NCBI GenBank assembly: GCA_021821055.1 | Contig: JAKACX010000005.1 | Coordinates: 14,695-78,694 of the forward strand | DNA: 64,000 nt | Direction: 5' to 3' | DNA from: Bacillota bacterium | Lineage (GTDB): Bacteria; Bacillota; Bacilli; Alicyclobacillales; SLC66 | In this document: piece by piece, positions 27,594 through 37,514 of the stretch | Position numbering within the stretch: the first letter of the stretch is position 1 | Layout: the number at the start of each line of letters is the position of its first letter | Notes under the pieces: model-generated | Database searches by the model: none | What the model was told of the DNA's origin: nothing | Seen by the model: only the letters and a program-made list of their open reading frames with translations | Program-made: the position numbers and the translations under genes

Positions 27594-29086
27594 CAACTGC
27601 ACAACGCGATGCAACGGACTACCCGCTCATCTTCGAGCGCAGCCAGCCGGGTCGCACCGGCTGGAGCCTGCCTGCGGACAGCACGCCGCGGGTATCGCTC
27701 GCGGAGCACATTCCCGCCGCGTACCTTCGACAGACGGCGCCCGTCCTGCCCGAGGTCAGCGAGGTGGACGTGATCCGTCACTACACGGGACTCTCGACGC
27801 GCAATCACGGCGTGGACTCGGGTTTTTACCCGCTCGGGTCGTGCACCATGAAATACAATCCAAAGCGCAACGAGGTTGCCGCGCGCCTGGCCGGCTTCGT
27901 CAGGATCCATCCCCTGCAGCCGGTCGAAACGGTGCAGGGCGCGCTGGCGCTGTACAAGCGCCTGGAGGAGTACCTGGGCGAGATCACGGGAATGGACGCT
28001 GTCAGCCTGCAGCCCGCGGCCGGCGCGGCGGGGGAGTGGACGGGGCTCATGATGGTGCGCGCCTATCACGAGGCGCACGGAGAGACTGGGCGCACCAAGG
28101 TGATCGTGCCGGACTCCGCCCATGGGACAAATCCGGCAAGCACGGCCGTTGCCGGATTTCGCACGGTGACCATTGCGTCTGGACCTGACGGCGAGGTGGA
28201 CCTCGACGCGCTGCGCGCGGCAGTCGGTCCGGACACGGCGGCGCTCATGCTGACCAACCCGAATACCCTGGGGCTGTTCGAGGGCAGGATCCGGGACATT
28301 GCGCGCATCGTACACGAGGCCGGGGGGCTGCTGTACTACGACGGCGCGAACGCAAACGCCATTCTCGGCCACACGCGCCCCGGCGACATGGGCTTTGACG
28401 TGGTGCACCTCAATCTGCACAAGACGTTCAGCACGCCGCACGGCGGCGGCGGACCCGGCGCCGGCCCGGTGGGAGTGAAGCGCGCGCTTGAGCCGTACCT
28501 TCCCACGCCGCGGGTTGTGGCGGATGAGGCCGGGCGGTTGCGCTTTTCGGACGACTTTCCGGCGAGTATCGGCAAGGTCAAAGGCTTTCACGGCAACTTT
28601 GGCGTTCTAGTGCGCGCGTATGCGTACATCCGCACGCTGGGGGCAGACGGGCTCACGCGCGTGGCGGAAGACGCGGTTTTGAATGCAAATTACTTGCGCA
28701 AGCGCCTTGAGAAGGACTACCATATCCCCTATGATCGGTTGTGCAAACACGAGTTTGTCGCCTCGGGCAAGCCGCTGCGCGCGTTTGGCGTGCGCACGCT
28801 TGATGTAGCCAAACGGCTGATCGACTTTGGCTACCATCCGCCCACGGTGTACTTTCCGTTGAATGTCGACGAGGCCCTGATGGTCGAGCCCACCGAGACC
28901 GAGAGTCGCGAGACGCTCGACGCGTTTGCGGCCACTCTGATCGCCATCAGGCAGGAGGCGCAGGACAGCCCGCAACTGCTGAAAGACGCTCCACACGCGA
29001 CGCCGGTCGGGCGGCTGGACGAAACCCTGGCCGCACGCAGTCCCGTTCTGCGCTATCGGGCGCCGGACGGAAGCCGCGCGCAGTAA
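27584..29086 (+). CDS. gcvPB: Glycine dehydrogenase (decarboxylating) subunit 2
   Basis: [10 protein letters not shown]..., PLP site [16 protein letters not shown]; overlaps gcvPA end. Confidence 0.95.
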   Translation: MGVTTAQRDATDYPLIFERSQPGRTGWSLPADSTPRVSLAEHIPAAYLRQTAPVLPEVSEVDVIRHYTGLSTRNHGVDSGFYPLGSCTMKYNPKRNEVAARLAGFVRIHPLQPVETVQGALALYKRLEEYLGEITGMDAVSLQPAAGAAGEWTGLMMVRAYHEAHGETGRTKVIVPDSAHGTNPASTAVAGFRTVTIASGPDGEVDLDALRAAVGPDTAALMLTNPNTLGLFEGRIRDIARIVHEAGGLLYYDGANANAILGHTRPGDMGFDVVHLNLHKTFSTPHGGGGPGAGPVGVKRALEPYLPTPRVVADEAGRLRFSDDFPASIGKVKGFHGNFGVLVRAYAYIRTLGADGLTRVAEDAVLNANYLRKRLEKDYHIPYDRLCKHEFVASGKPLRAFGVRTLDVAKRLIDFGYHPPTVYFPLNVDEALMVEPTETESRETLDAFAATLIAIRQEAQDSPQLLKDAPHATPVGRLDETLAARSPVLRYRAPDGSRAQ

Positions 29087-29160
29087 GGCTGTGGGCGGCC
29101 CTGGACGGCGGGCGCCGGGCCGCGAGCGGTGAACGCAAACGGTGAAAGGGGTTCATCCCT

Positions 29161-29598
29161 GTGGTCAAGGTGTTGGTTCTGCACGGTCCGAATCTGAATC
29201 TTCTCGGTCGCCGCGAGCCTGCCGTCTACGGTTCCACAACGCTTGCGGAGATCGACCGTTCCCTGGTGGCTCTGGGCGCAGAGCTCAACATTGACGTGGA
29301 GTGTGCGCAGTCCAACCATGAAGGTGTGCTGGTCGACCGTATTCACGAGGCAATGGACCGGTTTGCGGGGCTCATTATCAATCCGGGCGCGTTCACGCAC
29401 TACAGTATCGCTCTGCGCGACGCCGTCGCGGCGGTCGGGATTCCGACAATCGAGGTGCACCTGTCCAATGTGCACGCGCGCGAGGAGTTTCGCCGCCATT
29501 CGGTGGTCGCCCCGGTAGCGGTCGGGCAGATCGCGGGGCTCGGAGCGCTCGGCTACGCCTTGGCCCTGCGCGCGCTGGCTGAACGGCTGAACGGCTGA
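29161..29598 (+). CDS. aroQ: 3-dehydroquinate dehydratase, type II
   Basis: VLVLHGPNLNLLGRREPAVYG...QSNHEG...INPGAFTHYS...EVHLSNVHAREEFR. Confidence 0.9.
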   Translation: MVKVLVLHGPNLNLLGRREPAVYGSTTLAEIDRSLVALGAELNIDVECAQSNHEGVLVDRIHEAMDRFAGLIINPGAFTHYSIALRDAVAAVGIPTIEVHLSNVHAREEFRRHSVVAPVAVGQIAGLGALGYALALRALAERLNG

Positions 29599-29633
29599 AC
29601 GGCTGGGCGGGGAGCGGTGTCGCGGTAGGCGGT

Positions 29634-30758
29634 GTGATTCGGGACAACGGGGAGCGTGTGGTCGTGGTTTCGTCGCGTGTGGAGAAGGTCTTGCAGCGCG
29701 GGCTCGACGCCGGAGTGGACGCGCTGTTTGTGTGGTCGCAGCCGAATGTGGCGTATCTGACGGGATTCACGGGTTCCTCGGGGTATGTTTTTGTGTCGCG
29801 CAGGGGAACGATTCTCTTGACGGACTCGCGCTACAGCGTGCAGGCGCCGCTGGAGGCGGCGGAGAGCGACGTGCGCGTGATGAGCGGGCGGGGCTATCGG
29901 CCCGGTGGCGAGGCGTTCAACCGCGCATTGGCCGGGATGGTGAAAGAGACCGGCGCCAGGGTTGTCGGCCTGGAGAGCGACCGCGTGGTGATCGGCGAAT
30001 TGCTCGCATTGCAGGCCGCGGGTCTCGGCGTCGAGTTCAAACCGTTGGCGGGCCTGGTGGAAGCTGTGCGCATGGTCAAAGAGCCGCAGGAACTGACTCG
30101 TCTCCGTGCGGCGGCCGCGCTCGCGGACGAGGCCTTCGCGCACATTGTGGACTTCATTCGTCCCGGTGTCGCGGAGACGGCGGTGGCGCTTGAACTCGAG
30201 GTATTCATGCGCCAGCGCGGCGCGTCGGGGACGGCGTTCGACACGATTGTCGCGAGCGGAGAGCGGTCCGCCATGCCGCACGGGACGGCGTCCTCGCGCC
30301 CCATTGGCAAAGGGGAATTCGTGGTGCTCGATTTCGGCGCCGTGCTCGACGGATACAGATCGGACATGACGCGGACGGTGTGCGTCGGTGTGCCCACCGC
30401 GCGCATGCGCGATCTGTACGCGGTGGTGTATGACGCACATGGGCAGGGCGCGGCGACGGTGCAGGACGGTGTGGCGGCGGCGGCCGTGGACGACGCCGCG
30501 CGCAGCGTGATCGCAGCGGCGGGACACGGGGGCGCGTTCGGACACGCGCTCGGGCACGGGCTGGGGCTTGAGACGCACGAAGGGCCGAGGCTTGCGCCGG
30601 ATTCACGCGACGTGTTACAAGAAGGCATGGTGGTCACGATTGAACCGGGCGTGTATCTGGAGGGGTTCGCGGGCGTGCGGATCGAGGACGCCGTGATCGT
30701 GAGCGCGGACGGGTGCGAATCGATTGCGCGGTCGGGCAAGGAATTGATCACCCTATAA
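29634..30758 (+). CDS. Xaa-Pro aminopeptidase (M24B), YqhT-like
   Basis: Creatinase-like N-domain plus M24 metal ligands ([34 protein letters not shown]); position aroQ-pepP-efp as in Bacillus. Confidence 0.9.
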   Translation: MIRDNGERVVVVSSRVEKVLQRGLDAGVDALFVWSQPNVAYLTGFTGSSGYVFVSRRGTILLTDSRYSVQAPLEAAESDVRVMSGRGYRPGGEAFNRALAGMVKETGARVVGLESDRVVIGELLALQAAGLGVEFKPLAGLVEAVRMVKEPQELTRLRAAAALADEAFAHIVDFIRPGVAETAVALELEVFMRQRGASGTAFDTIVASGERSAMPHGTASSRPIGKGEFVVLDFGAVLDGYRSDMTRTVCVGVPTARMRDLYAVVYDAHGQGAATVQDGVAAAAVDDAARSVIAAAGHGGAFGHALGHGLGLETHEGPRLAPDSRDVLQEGMVVTIEPGVYLEGFAGVRIEDAVIVSADGCESIARSGKELITL

Positions 30759-30780
30759 TGATCGGAAGGATGGACTGCGG

Positions 30781-31338
30781 ATGATATCAAGCAACGACTT
30801 TCGGCCGGGGACGACCATCGAGTATGACGGCGCGATCTGGCGGGTCATCGAATTCATGCACGTCAAACCCGGCAAGGGGGCGGCGTTTGTAAGGACGAAA
30901 CTCAAGAATATCCGGACAGGAGGCGTGAAGGAGACAACCTTCCGGGCGGGCGAGAAGGTCGCGCGCGCGCGGATCGACAACCGCCAGATGCAGTACCTGT
31001 ACAATGACGGATCGAACTACACATTCATGGACTCAGAGACGTTCGAGCAAATGAACATACCTGCGGACCAACTGGAGTACGAATTGAATTTTCTCAAGGA
31101 GAACATGAACTGCATCGTCGTGCTCTACGAAGGAGAGGCGATCGGTGTGGATCTGCCGAACACGGTGGAACTTGAGGTCGTCGAGACGGAACCCGGGATT
31201 CGCGGAGATACGGCGACAGGCGGCAGCAAGCCGGCGAAACTCGAGACGGGCTACAGCGTGCAGGTGCCGTTTTTCATCAATCAGGGAGACCGGCTGATCA
31301 TCGATACGCGCAGCGGGCTGTACGTGTCGCGCGCCTGA
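30781..31338 (+). CDS. efp: Elongation factor P
   Basis: [43 protein letters not shown]... Confidence 0.95.
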   Translation: MISSNDFRPGTTIEYDGAIWRVIEFMHVKPGKGAAFVRTKLKNIRTGGVKETTFRAGEKVARARIDNRQMQYLYNDGSNYTFMDSETFEQMNIPADQLEYELNFLKENMNCIVVLYEGEAIGVDLPNTVELEVVETEPGIRGDTATGGSKPAKLETGYSVQVPFFINQGDRLIIDTRSGLYVSRA

Positions 31339-31479
31339 GCGGTGTGCCTGCGGGCCGGATCAGTTGTCTGCGCGGGGCGCACACGCCTGCCTTGGCGCGC
31401 GCGACGGCGGCTCGTGACGGGCTGCCGTCCTGCGTGGGGCGCACGGCGGGAAGAGGAGACGACGCGGCAAGGGCGTCGA

Positions 31480-31524
31480 GAGGGGACGACGCGGCAAAGG
31501 CGTCGCCTCCTTTTTTTGGTTTTT
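31480..31524 (+). terminator. Rho-independent terminator downstream of efp
   Basis: GAGGGGACGACGC-ggcaaag-GCGTCGCCTCC followed by TTTTTTTGGTTTTT; preceded by a near-duplicate hairpin at 31455-31480. Confidence 0.65.
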
Positions 31525-31560
31525 GACCGCGCGTTTGCGGTCTGCCCTCTCCCCTGCGCC

Positions 31561-31671
31561 TCAAGGTGATCTGTGTCTGCGCACCCAACTGAAGATCCAC
31601 ATCATGAGCAACAGAAATACGATGAGAAATACGACGATCCATCGTGTCACAAGCGTCAACGTTTCTCCCAC
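31561..31671 (-). CDS. Candidate small hydrophobic peptide (36 codons from GTG, 32 from TTG 31659)
   Basis: Hand translation (M)GETLTLVTRWIVVFLIVFLLLMMWIFSWVRRHRSP*; GGGAG 5 nt before TTG; AT-rich patch; below the 60-aa cutoff of the ORF track. Confidence 0.3.
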   Translation of the reverse strand: MGETLTLVTRWIVVFLIVFLLLMMWIFSWVRRHRSP

Positions 31672-31789
31672 TCGGCTGTGTCACTTCCTCTGGCTAGTGC
31701 ATGATCCGCCGCACCGGCGGGCAGGCTCTCTCCCTGCAGTGTATCCATGGTCCGCCTGTCCGGTGCAGGGCGGATTCCCCACACGGCCC

Positions 31790-32175
31790 GCGAAAAAACT
31801 GCGGATGCGCCGGCGCCATGGCGGTCTACCCGGAAAATGCCGGGTCTGTGCCAGTCGCCCGCATCCCTTTGCTCCTACTCAGACAGCGCGGCTGCGCCGC
31901 GAAACTCGCGACGAGCAAAGGGACACGGGCGACCCAACGAGTCTTCGTTCGCGCACCGGCCCACCGCTGGCCACCGCCGGCCCACGGCCGAGTTGACCCG
32001 CGGTCGTGCGGCCCTGACGCGCAGAATTTTTATCCTGCGCTCCCGGCGCGCCCGCGCCATGGGGGTCTACCCGGACAATACGAACTCACCTGTACCGCGC
32101 CGTCTGCGGCGTCCGATTGAGACGCATTTTCATGATTCCCCCTCGTGCGAATGGGCCGCACATGGCGGTCTATCT
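31790..32175 (+). repeat. Composite dispersed repeat, copy B (X-Y-Z-X-X')
   Basis: X at 31813-31839, Y 31842-31935 (long imperfect hairpin GTCGCCCGCATCCCTTTGCTC...GAGCAAAGGGACACGGGCGAC), X at 32053-32080, X-like at 32158-32175. Confidence 0.85.
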
Positions 32176-32191
32176 AGTAAAGGCGAATGGT

Positions 32192-32218
32192 ATAAAGACA
32201 ATTCTCGTCCCATATACA
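32192..32218 (+). promoter_or_regulatory. Possible sigma-E-type promoter of spoIIIA operon
   Basis: ATAAA (32192-32196), 14 nt, CATATACA (32211-32218), similar to the sigma-E consensus; by eye only. Confidence 0.35.
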
Positions 32219-32276
32219 TGGACTAACTGTGAACCCACTCCCGCAGTCATGGGCGTGCGCGACGAGGTGAGCCGGC

Positions 32277-33218
32277 TTGCTGCAGACCACAGGAGTTCCC
32301 GCAGTTGTCATGCGCCTGTTGCCGCAGGAACTGGCCGAGGCGGTCGCGGATCTTGATGCTGCACAGGGGGAACGTCTGGAGGAAGTCCGCCTGCGCGTCG
32401 GGCGGCCCCTGGCGTTCGTCGGTGCGACGGCGAGGGTGCGCAGGATTGTGAAAGTGGAGCACCTGAACCACGTGCTGTCCGTGGCGACCGGATCGTCGCT
32501 GTATGCGGCGGAGCCGGAACTCCGGCAAGGTTTCGTCACGCTGCCCGGCGGTCACCGCATTGGCGTCGCGGGACGCGTCGTGCTCGACGGCGCCGACCGC
32601 GTCCGCACCATCCGTGACTTCAGCTCGGTCGCAATTCGCATCGCGCGGGAGGTGTCCGGCTGCGCGGCGGAAGTCGCCGGTTTCATCACGCGGTCCGGCG
32701 GCGAGCTCTTGTCGAGTCTGCTCGTGGGTCCGCCGCTGTCGGGAAAGACGACGCTGCTGCGGGACTTGGCCCGCCAGCTCGGCGACGGAACCCTGCGGAC
32801 CAACGTCGCGGCGCGCCGCGTGGGCATTGTGGACGAGCGCTCGGAGATCGCAGGCAGCTTCCGCGGCGTTCCGCAGTTTGACGTCGGCGCGCAGACGGAT
32901 GTCCTCGACGGATGTCCGAAAGTCGAGGGGATGTACATGATGCTGCGGGCGCTCGCGCCCGAGGTCATCATCACGGACGAAATCGGGACGGCGGCCGATG
33001 TGCGCGCCATCACGGACGCTGCGCGGGCGGGCGTCGTCCTCATCAGTTCCGTGCACGCGAACGCGATAGACGATTTGCGGCGACGTCCGGTGCTCGCGTC
33101 TCTTATCGCGGCGCGGGCGATTGACCGGTACGTGTTCTTGCGTCGGTCGGGCGGGCGCGCGCTGGTGTCGGGTGTCTTTGACGCGGATCTTCACGAGGTG
33201 AGGCAGGCATGGCGATAG
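32277..33218 (+). CDS. spoIIIAA: Stage III sporulation protein AA (ATPase)
   Basis: Walker A GPPLSGKTTLLRD, Walker B IITDEIG; first of eight spoIIIA genes; likely start ATG 32310 (MRLLPQEL...). Confidence 0.9.
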   Translation: MLQTTGVPAVVMRLLPQELAEAVADLDAAQGERLEEVRLRVGRPLAFVGATARVRRIVKVEHLNHVLSVATGSSLYAAEPELRQGFVTLPGGHRIGVAGRVVLDGADRVRTIRDFSSVAIRIAREVSGCAAEVAGFITRSGGELLSSLLVGPPLSGKTTLLRDLARQLGDGTLRTNVAARRVGIVDERSEIAGSFRGVPQFDVGAQTDVLDGCPKVEGMYMMLRALAPEVIITDEIGTAADVRAITDAARAGVVLISSVHANAIDDLRRRPVLASLIAARAIDRYVFLRRSGGRALVSGVFDADLHEVRQAWR

Positions 33219-33745
33219 ACATGTTGCAGGTCGTCGGAGCCGGCGCCGTCATGGCCGGCGCCACGGCGCTGGGTCGCCAGCAGGCCGCGCGCTACAGGCG
33301 CAGGCCGGAAGAACTCAGGGAACTGGCGACGGTGCTGCGGGGTTTGCGCAACGACATCTCGTACGCCCGCGTGCCCCTCGGCGAATCCCTGCGGCGATTG
33401 GTACCCCGCGGCCAGCCCCGAGCGTCGCCCGTGCGCCAGTTGTTCGTCGATGTGGCGGACCGGCTCGCGCAACCGGGCGCGACCGCACAACAGGCATTCA
33501 CACTGGCGCTCGCCAGCTGTGGACCGGCGCTGTCGATCACCCTTGAAGATTGCGCAGTGCTGGAAGCGTTCAGCCTAACGGCAGGGCTCGTCGGTCCAGA
33601 CGAGCAACTCGGTCAATTGGATGCGGCATTGGCGGCGCTGACTGAGCGTGAGCGGGAGGCTGTCTTCAATCGGTCGCGCTACGAGCGTGTGATCCAGACG
33701 ACAGGCGTGCTCATCGGGGTGTTGGTCGTCATCTTGCTCATCTGA
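33209..33745 (+). CDS. spoIIIAB: Stage III sporulation protein AB
   Basis: 178 aa, N- and C-terminal TM helices, RRPEELRELATVLRGLRNDISY; operon position. Confidence 0.85.
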   Translation: MAIDMLQVVGAGAVMAGATALGRQQAARYRRRPEELRELATVLRGLRNDISYARVPLGESLRRLVPRGQPRASPVRQLFVDVADRLAQPGATAQQAFTLALASCGPALSITLEDCAVLEAFSLTAGLVGPDEQLGQLDAALAALTEREREAVFNRSRYERVIQTTGVLIGVLVVILLI

Positions 33746-33763
33746 CGCGAGGGGGATCCTGTT

Positions 33764-33967
33764 GTGAGTCTAGATCTGCACGTGCTCTTCCAGATCGCGG
33801 TCGTCGGTATCGCGGCAGCGATTCTGTCCAGCCTGCTCAAACAATCCGGACGGGATGAGATCGCGACGCTGGTGACCATCACGGCTCTTATTCTCGTGAC
33901 CGCGACGGTCGTCACGAACATCAACGACCTCTTTACGCAGATCAGAGCGGTCTTTTCCAACCAATGA
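33764..33967 (+). CDS. spoIIIAC: Stage III sporulation protein AC
   Basis: 67-aa two-TM protein; operon position. Confidence 0.85.
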   Translation: MSLDLHVLFQIAVVGIAAAILSSLLKQSGRDEIATLVTITALILVTATVVTNINDLFTQIRAVFSNQ

Positions 33968-33986
33968 TGTTCTCGGCGGGTGTGCA

Positions 33987-34373
33987 ATGAGCATTCTACA
34001 AGTTGTTTCGTTCGCGCTCGTGGGTGCATTTCTCGTCGCCATAATCAGGCAGGCCGCGCCGCAAACGGCGTTTCTGCTGTCTCTGCTTGTGGCGGCCGTG
34101 CTGTTCGCCCTGGGGCTGCAAAAGGTCACCGGAATTCTGGCGCCGATCGCCCGCATGGCGAGCGAAGCAGACGTGAACACGCTGTTCTTTGCGACGGTGA
34201 TCAAGATCATCGGGATCGCGTACATCGCCGAATTTGGCGCCCAGATCGCCCGTGACGCCGGTGTGGAGTCGATCGCGGGAAAGGTCGAGCTGGTCGGGAA
34301 ACTGTTCATCGTCGTGCTGGCTATCCCCATTCTGACCGCGGTGGTCGACACAGTGTCCCACCTGTTGCCGTGA
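33987..34373 (+). CDS. spoIIIAD: Stage III sporulation protein AD
   Basis: 128-aa four-TM protein (IIGIAYIAEFGAQIARDAG); operon position. Confidence 0.85.
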   Translation: MSILQVVSFALVGAFLVAIIRQAAPQTAFLLSLLVAAVLFALGLQKVTGILAPIARMASEADVNTLFFATVIKIIGIAYIAEFGAQIARDAGVESIAGKVELVGKLFIVVLAIPILTAVVDTVSHLLP

Positions 34374-34440
34374 GCGGTTCTTGGTTGTCCGGCGCTTGCC
34401 GCGGATGCGGGCCGATTCTTTGTGCAGGAGGATGATCGCG

Positions 34441-35739
34441 ATGGCCGGGAGAGTACGCCCGCATGGGCGGTTGCAGGCCTTCAGGCTGATCGTGGCCGTC
34501 ATCCTCTCGACGGCGGCCGTGTGCGCCGCCGCGCCGCGGACCGCGGACGCGGCGCAGACCGTCAGCGGCAACACGTCACCCGCGGCGGCCACGTCACCCG
34601 CGGCGGCCACGTCACCCGCGGCGGCCACGTCACCCGCGGCGGCCACGTCACCCGCGGCGGCCGCGCTGCAGGAGTACAACGGGATGTCGCAAAACGCGAT
34701 TGAACAGGCGTGGCAGAATCTCAACGTCAAATACGGGGGATTCATTCCACCGACCGCGTCCGGGCAGTGGGTCCCGGGGTTTTTCACGGGCGCCCGCGGC
34801 GCGCCGCTTCATCAATGGCTCAGCGGGTTTCTCAGCTTCTTTTTCGGAACGCTGTGGCAAAATGCGCGGCTTCTGGGGACGATCCTTATCCTCGCCGTCT
34901 TCGCGGCTGTCCTGCAGACCATCCAGACGGCGTTCGAGTCGCAGTTCGTGAGCAAGATCGCGTTTCTGGTCGTGCACCTGACTTTGATCGTGCTCGCCGT
35001 CTCGTCGTTTCACCAGGCCACCTCGGACGCAGGCGGCGCGATTGACACCATGACCGCCACCATGTACGGTTCATTGCCCGTGGTGCTCGCCCTGATCGTC
35101 GCGTCCGGTGGACTCACGTCAGCCGCAGTGTTTCACCCGCTGTTCGTCTTCATCGTCAATGCGGTTGGTCTGCTGGTCCATAACTGGGTGTTTCCCATGA
35201 TCTTCTTCTCGACCGTGCTGACCATTGTCAGCGCCGTGTCCGAACGGTTCAAGGTGACAGAACTGGCCAATTTCATCCGGACAGTCACACTGATCGTGCT
35301 TGGTCTCTCCATGACTGCGTTTCTCGGCATCCTGAGCGTGCAGGGGTCGATCGCGGGCGTATCCGACGGTGTGGCGATGCGCTCGGCGAAGTTCCTGGCC
35401 GGTCTCGTGCCGTTTGTCGGCAAGGCGTTGTCCGATGCGAGCGGGACGGTGGCGGGTGCGTCCCTGCTCGTGAAAAACGCCACGGGGTTTGCCAGCGCCG
35501 TTCTCCTGCTGCTCATCTGCGCCTTCCCGGCGCTCAAGATCTTCGCCCTGGCGCTGGTGTACAACGGGTCTGCGGCCATCCTCCAACCGCTTGGCGAGAG
35601 TCCCGTCATCACGACCCTGTCCGCCGTCGGCAAGAGCCTGATGCTGGTGTTCGCGGCGCTGTGCGCAGTGGGACTGATGTTTTTCTTCGCGCTGGTGATC
35701 GTCATGGCCGCGACCAACACCGCTGCATTCGCGAGGTGA
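34441..35739 (+). CDS. spoIIIAE: Stage III sporulation protein AE
   Basis: Signal peptide then polytopic membrane domain; ATG 34441 is 9 nt after GGAGG (track ORF starts TTG 34381); contains a (TSPAAA)5 insertion. Confidence 0.85.
   Translation: MAGRVRPHGRLQAFRLIVAVILSTAAVCAAAPRTADAAQTVSGNTSPAAATSPAAATSPAAATSPAAATSPAAAALQEYNGMSQNAIEQAWQNLNVKYGGFIPPTASGQWVPGFFTGARGAPLHQWLSGFLSFFFGTLWQNARLLGTILILAVFAAVLQTIQTAFESQFVSKIAFLVVHLTLIVLAVSSFHQATSDAGGAIDTMTATMYGSLPVVLALIVASGGLTSAAVFHPLFVFIVNAVGLLVHNWVFPMIFFSTVLTIVSAVSERFKVTELANFIRTVTLIVLGLSMTAFLGILSVQGSIAGVSDGVAMRSAKFLAGLVPFVGKALSDASGTVAGASLLVKNATGFASAVLLLLICAFPALKIFALALVYNGSAAILQPLGESPVITTLSAVGKSLMLVFAALCAVGLMFFFALVIVMAATNTAAFAR
34573..34662 (+). repeat. 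18-bp perfect tandem repeat x5 inside spoIIIAE
   Basis: ACGTCACCCGCGGCGGCC x5, in frame, encodes TSPAAA x5. Confidence 0.95.
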
Positions 35740-35743
35740 GTCC

Positions 35744-36268
35744 ATGATCTCCGCATTTTCGGCCTGGCTGCGTCACCTCGTCGTCCTGATTCTGCTGGCG
35801 GTGTTGCTTGACGCGCTGCTTCCGCGCAGCGCCATCCAGCGCTATGCGCGAACGGTGATTGGCCTGGTGATCGTTCTCGCGCTGCTCAATCCGCTGCGTT
35901 CACTGGCGACCGCGGGGCTCAATGCGGGATCGTTCGAACGGTTGCTGGCCGGTCCCATGCTCAGCCCGTCGACGACGGTCGCCGGCGTTTCCGACGCCGC
36001 CTTCCGGACCGCCCTCGAGAGTGCGCTGCGGGCGGGCGTGCAGGCGACGCTCGGCGTCACGCTCGCCGCTGTACAGGTCACGACGGTGGCCAAGGCCGAC
36101 GGAACACCCGTCGTGACACGTGTGCAGGCGGACGCGTCGGAGGGCCCGGCCGGCGTGGCCACAGCGACCGAGGCCGCCGCCGTGAAGGTGGAAATCGCGG
36201 ATCAGTTGGGGCTTTCGCCGCAGCAGGTCAGTGTGGCGTACCCGGGAGATTCCTCCGCAAGACTGTGA
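35744..36268 (+). CDS. spoIIIAF: Stage III sporulation protein AF
   Basis: Two N-terminal TM helices (WLRHLVVLILLAVLLDALLP...VIGLVIVLALL); operon position. Confidence 0.8.
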   Translation: MISAFSAWLRHLVVLILLAVLLDALLPRSAIQRYARTVIGLVIVLALLNPLRSLATAGLNAGSFERLLAGPMLSPSTTVAGVSDAAFRTALESALRAGVQATLGVTLAAVQVTTVAKADGTPVVTRVQADASEGPAGVATATEAAAVKVEIADQLGLSPQQVSVAYPGDSSARL

Positions 36269-36902
36269 GGAAGGGAGGCGATGGCTTGGGATAAATGACG
36301 GGCTGCAACAGTTGTTTCGCAACAAGTGGCTGGCGGCCGTGACCGCCGTCGGCATCCTGTTGCTCGTCTTTGGCGCCGCGGGCGTCGGGCAACGGCATCC
36401 GCCGCAGGGTTCCGGGTCGGGGTCGACCGGTTCGGCGGGAGGGCCGCCGCAGGGCAGTTCCGGGAGCGCGGGCAGTCTGCAGACGCCCCCGGCCCTGCAG
36501 ACCGCCGAGCAGTACGACGCGTACTACGATCAGCAACTGCAGCGGATGATTGACCAGATTTCCGGCATCAGCGACGCGCTTGTCATGGTCACGGTCAATA
36601 CGACGCCCACGCTGCGGCTCGGGCAAAACGTCACCACTTCCCGTCAGACGTCCGTGCAGTCGGGGAGCAGCGGCAAGACCACAACGGCGACCACGTCGAC
36701 GAACAGTCAGGTGGTCACGCTCCAGGGCGCGTCCGGCGGCCAGACGCCCGTGGTGGTCCAGCAGCAACTGCCGACGATCGCCGGCGTGCTGGTCGTCGCC
36801 AGAGCCGCGGACGCCATCCGCATGGAGGCGGCGATCACCACGGCGGTGGAGGACGCGCTTGGCATTCCGGGCTATGAGATCACCGTCATGCCGCGCAAGT
36901 GA
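36231..36902 (+). CDS. spoIIIAG: Stage III sporulation protein AG
   Basis: TM helix (WLAAVTAVGILLLVFGAAG), Gly/Ser/Gln-rich linker, C-terminal ring-building-like domain; start unclear, see finding at 36266. Confidence 0.75.
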   Translation: MWRTREIPPQDCEEGRRWLGINDGLQQLFRNKWLAAVTAVGILLLVFGAAGVGQRHPPQGSGSGSTGSAGGPPQGSSGSAGSLQTPPALQTAEQYDAYYDQQLQRMIDQISGISDALVMVTVNTTPTLRLGQNVTTSRQTSVQSGSSGKTTTATTSTNSQVVTLQGASGGQTPVVVQQQLPTIAGVLVVARAADAIRMEAAITTAVEDALGIPGYEITVMPRK

Positions 36903-36935
36903 GCGGCCAAATCGGAACAGGGGAGCGATCGAATC

Positions 36936-37514
36936 ATGGTCAAACGGCAAACGGTGTGGCTTTCAACAATGATGGTGCTGTCGCTGATGCTGATCGGCTA
37001 CTATACGCTGGGCACGCCGGGCACGCCGGCGGGTTCCCGGAGCAACGCGCCCACCGTGCAGACAACGGTCACCGGACAGGGCGAGACCGGGTCCAAGTCG
37101 GTCAATTCCGCCAATCCTTCGCATCCCGCGGTGACGGCGACCGCGGGTGCGCAGACTCAGCCGAGCGACTGGTTCGTGCAGATGCAGCTGCAGGATTCCA
37201 ATCAGCAGTCCAAACTGATTCAGACGCTCCAGGGGACGCTGAGCGACCCGCGCGCCAGCAACGCGGTGGTCTCGGCGGCATACCAGGAACTCACGCAGTT
37301 GCAGACGCAACAGGCCGACGCCGGCCGCATCCACGACCTGCTGGTGGGCATGAATTACCCGGATTCGCTCGTGTTCTTCAATCCCGGCGGCCGCGTCCAA
37401 GTCTACGTGGAAGCGTCGAAACTGTCGGCGGCGCAGGCGGTTGGCGTCATCAATCTCGTCTCGCAGACGCTCGGCGTCCAGTCAAACCTGATCACCGTCG
37501 CGAACCACGCGTAA
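36936..37514 (+). CDS. spoIIIAH: Stage III sporulation protein AH
   Basis: MVKRQTVWLSTMMVLSLMLIGYY TM anchor plus C-terminal YscJ/FliF-like domain; last gene of operon. Confidence 0.8.
   Translation: MVKRQTVWLSTMMVLSLMLIGYYTLGTPGTPAGSRSNAPTVQTTVTGQGETGSKSVNSANPSHPAVTATAGAQTQPSDWFVQMQLQDSNQQSKLIQTLQGTLSDPRASNAVVSAAYQELTQLQTQQADAGRIHDLLVGMNYPDSLVFFNPGGRVQVYVEASKLSAAQAVGVINLVSQTLGVQSNLITVANHA

Noticed and set aside
29579-29605. GAACGGCT x3 at the 3' end of aroQ
   Set aside because: It is a very short three-unit repeat spanning the stop codon, with no recurrence elsewhere, so it is probably trivial slippage.
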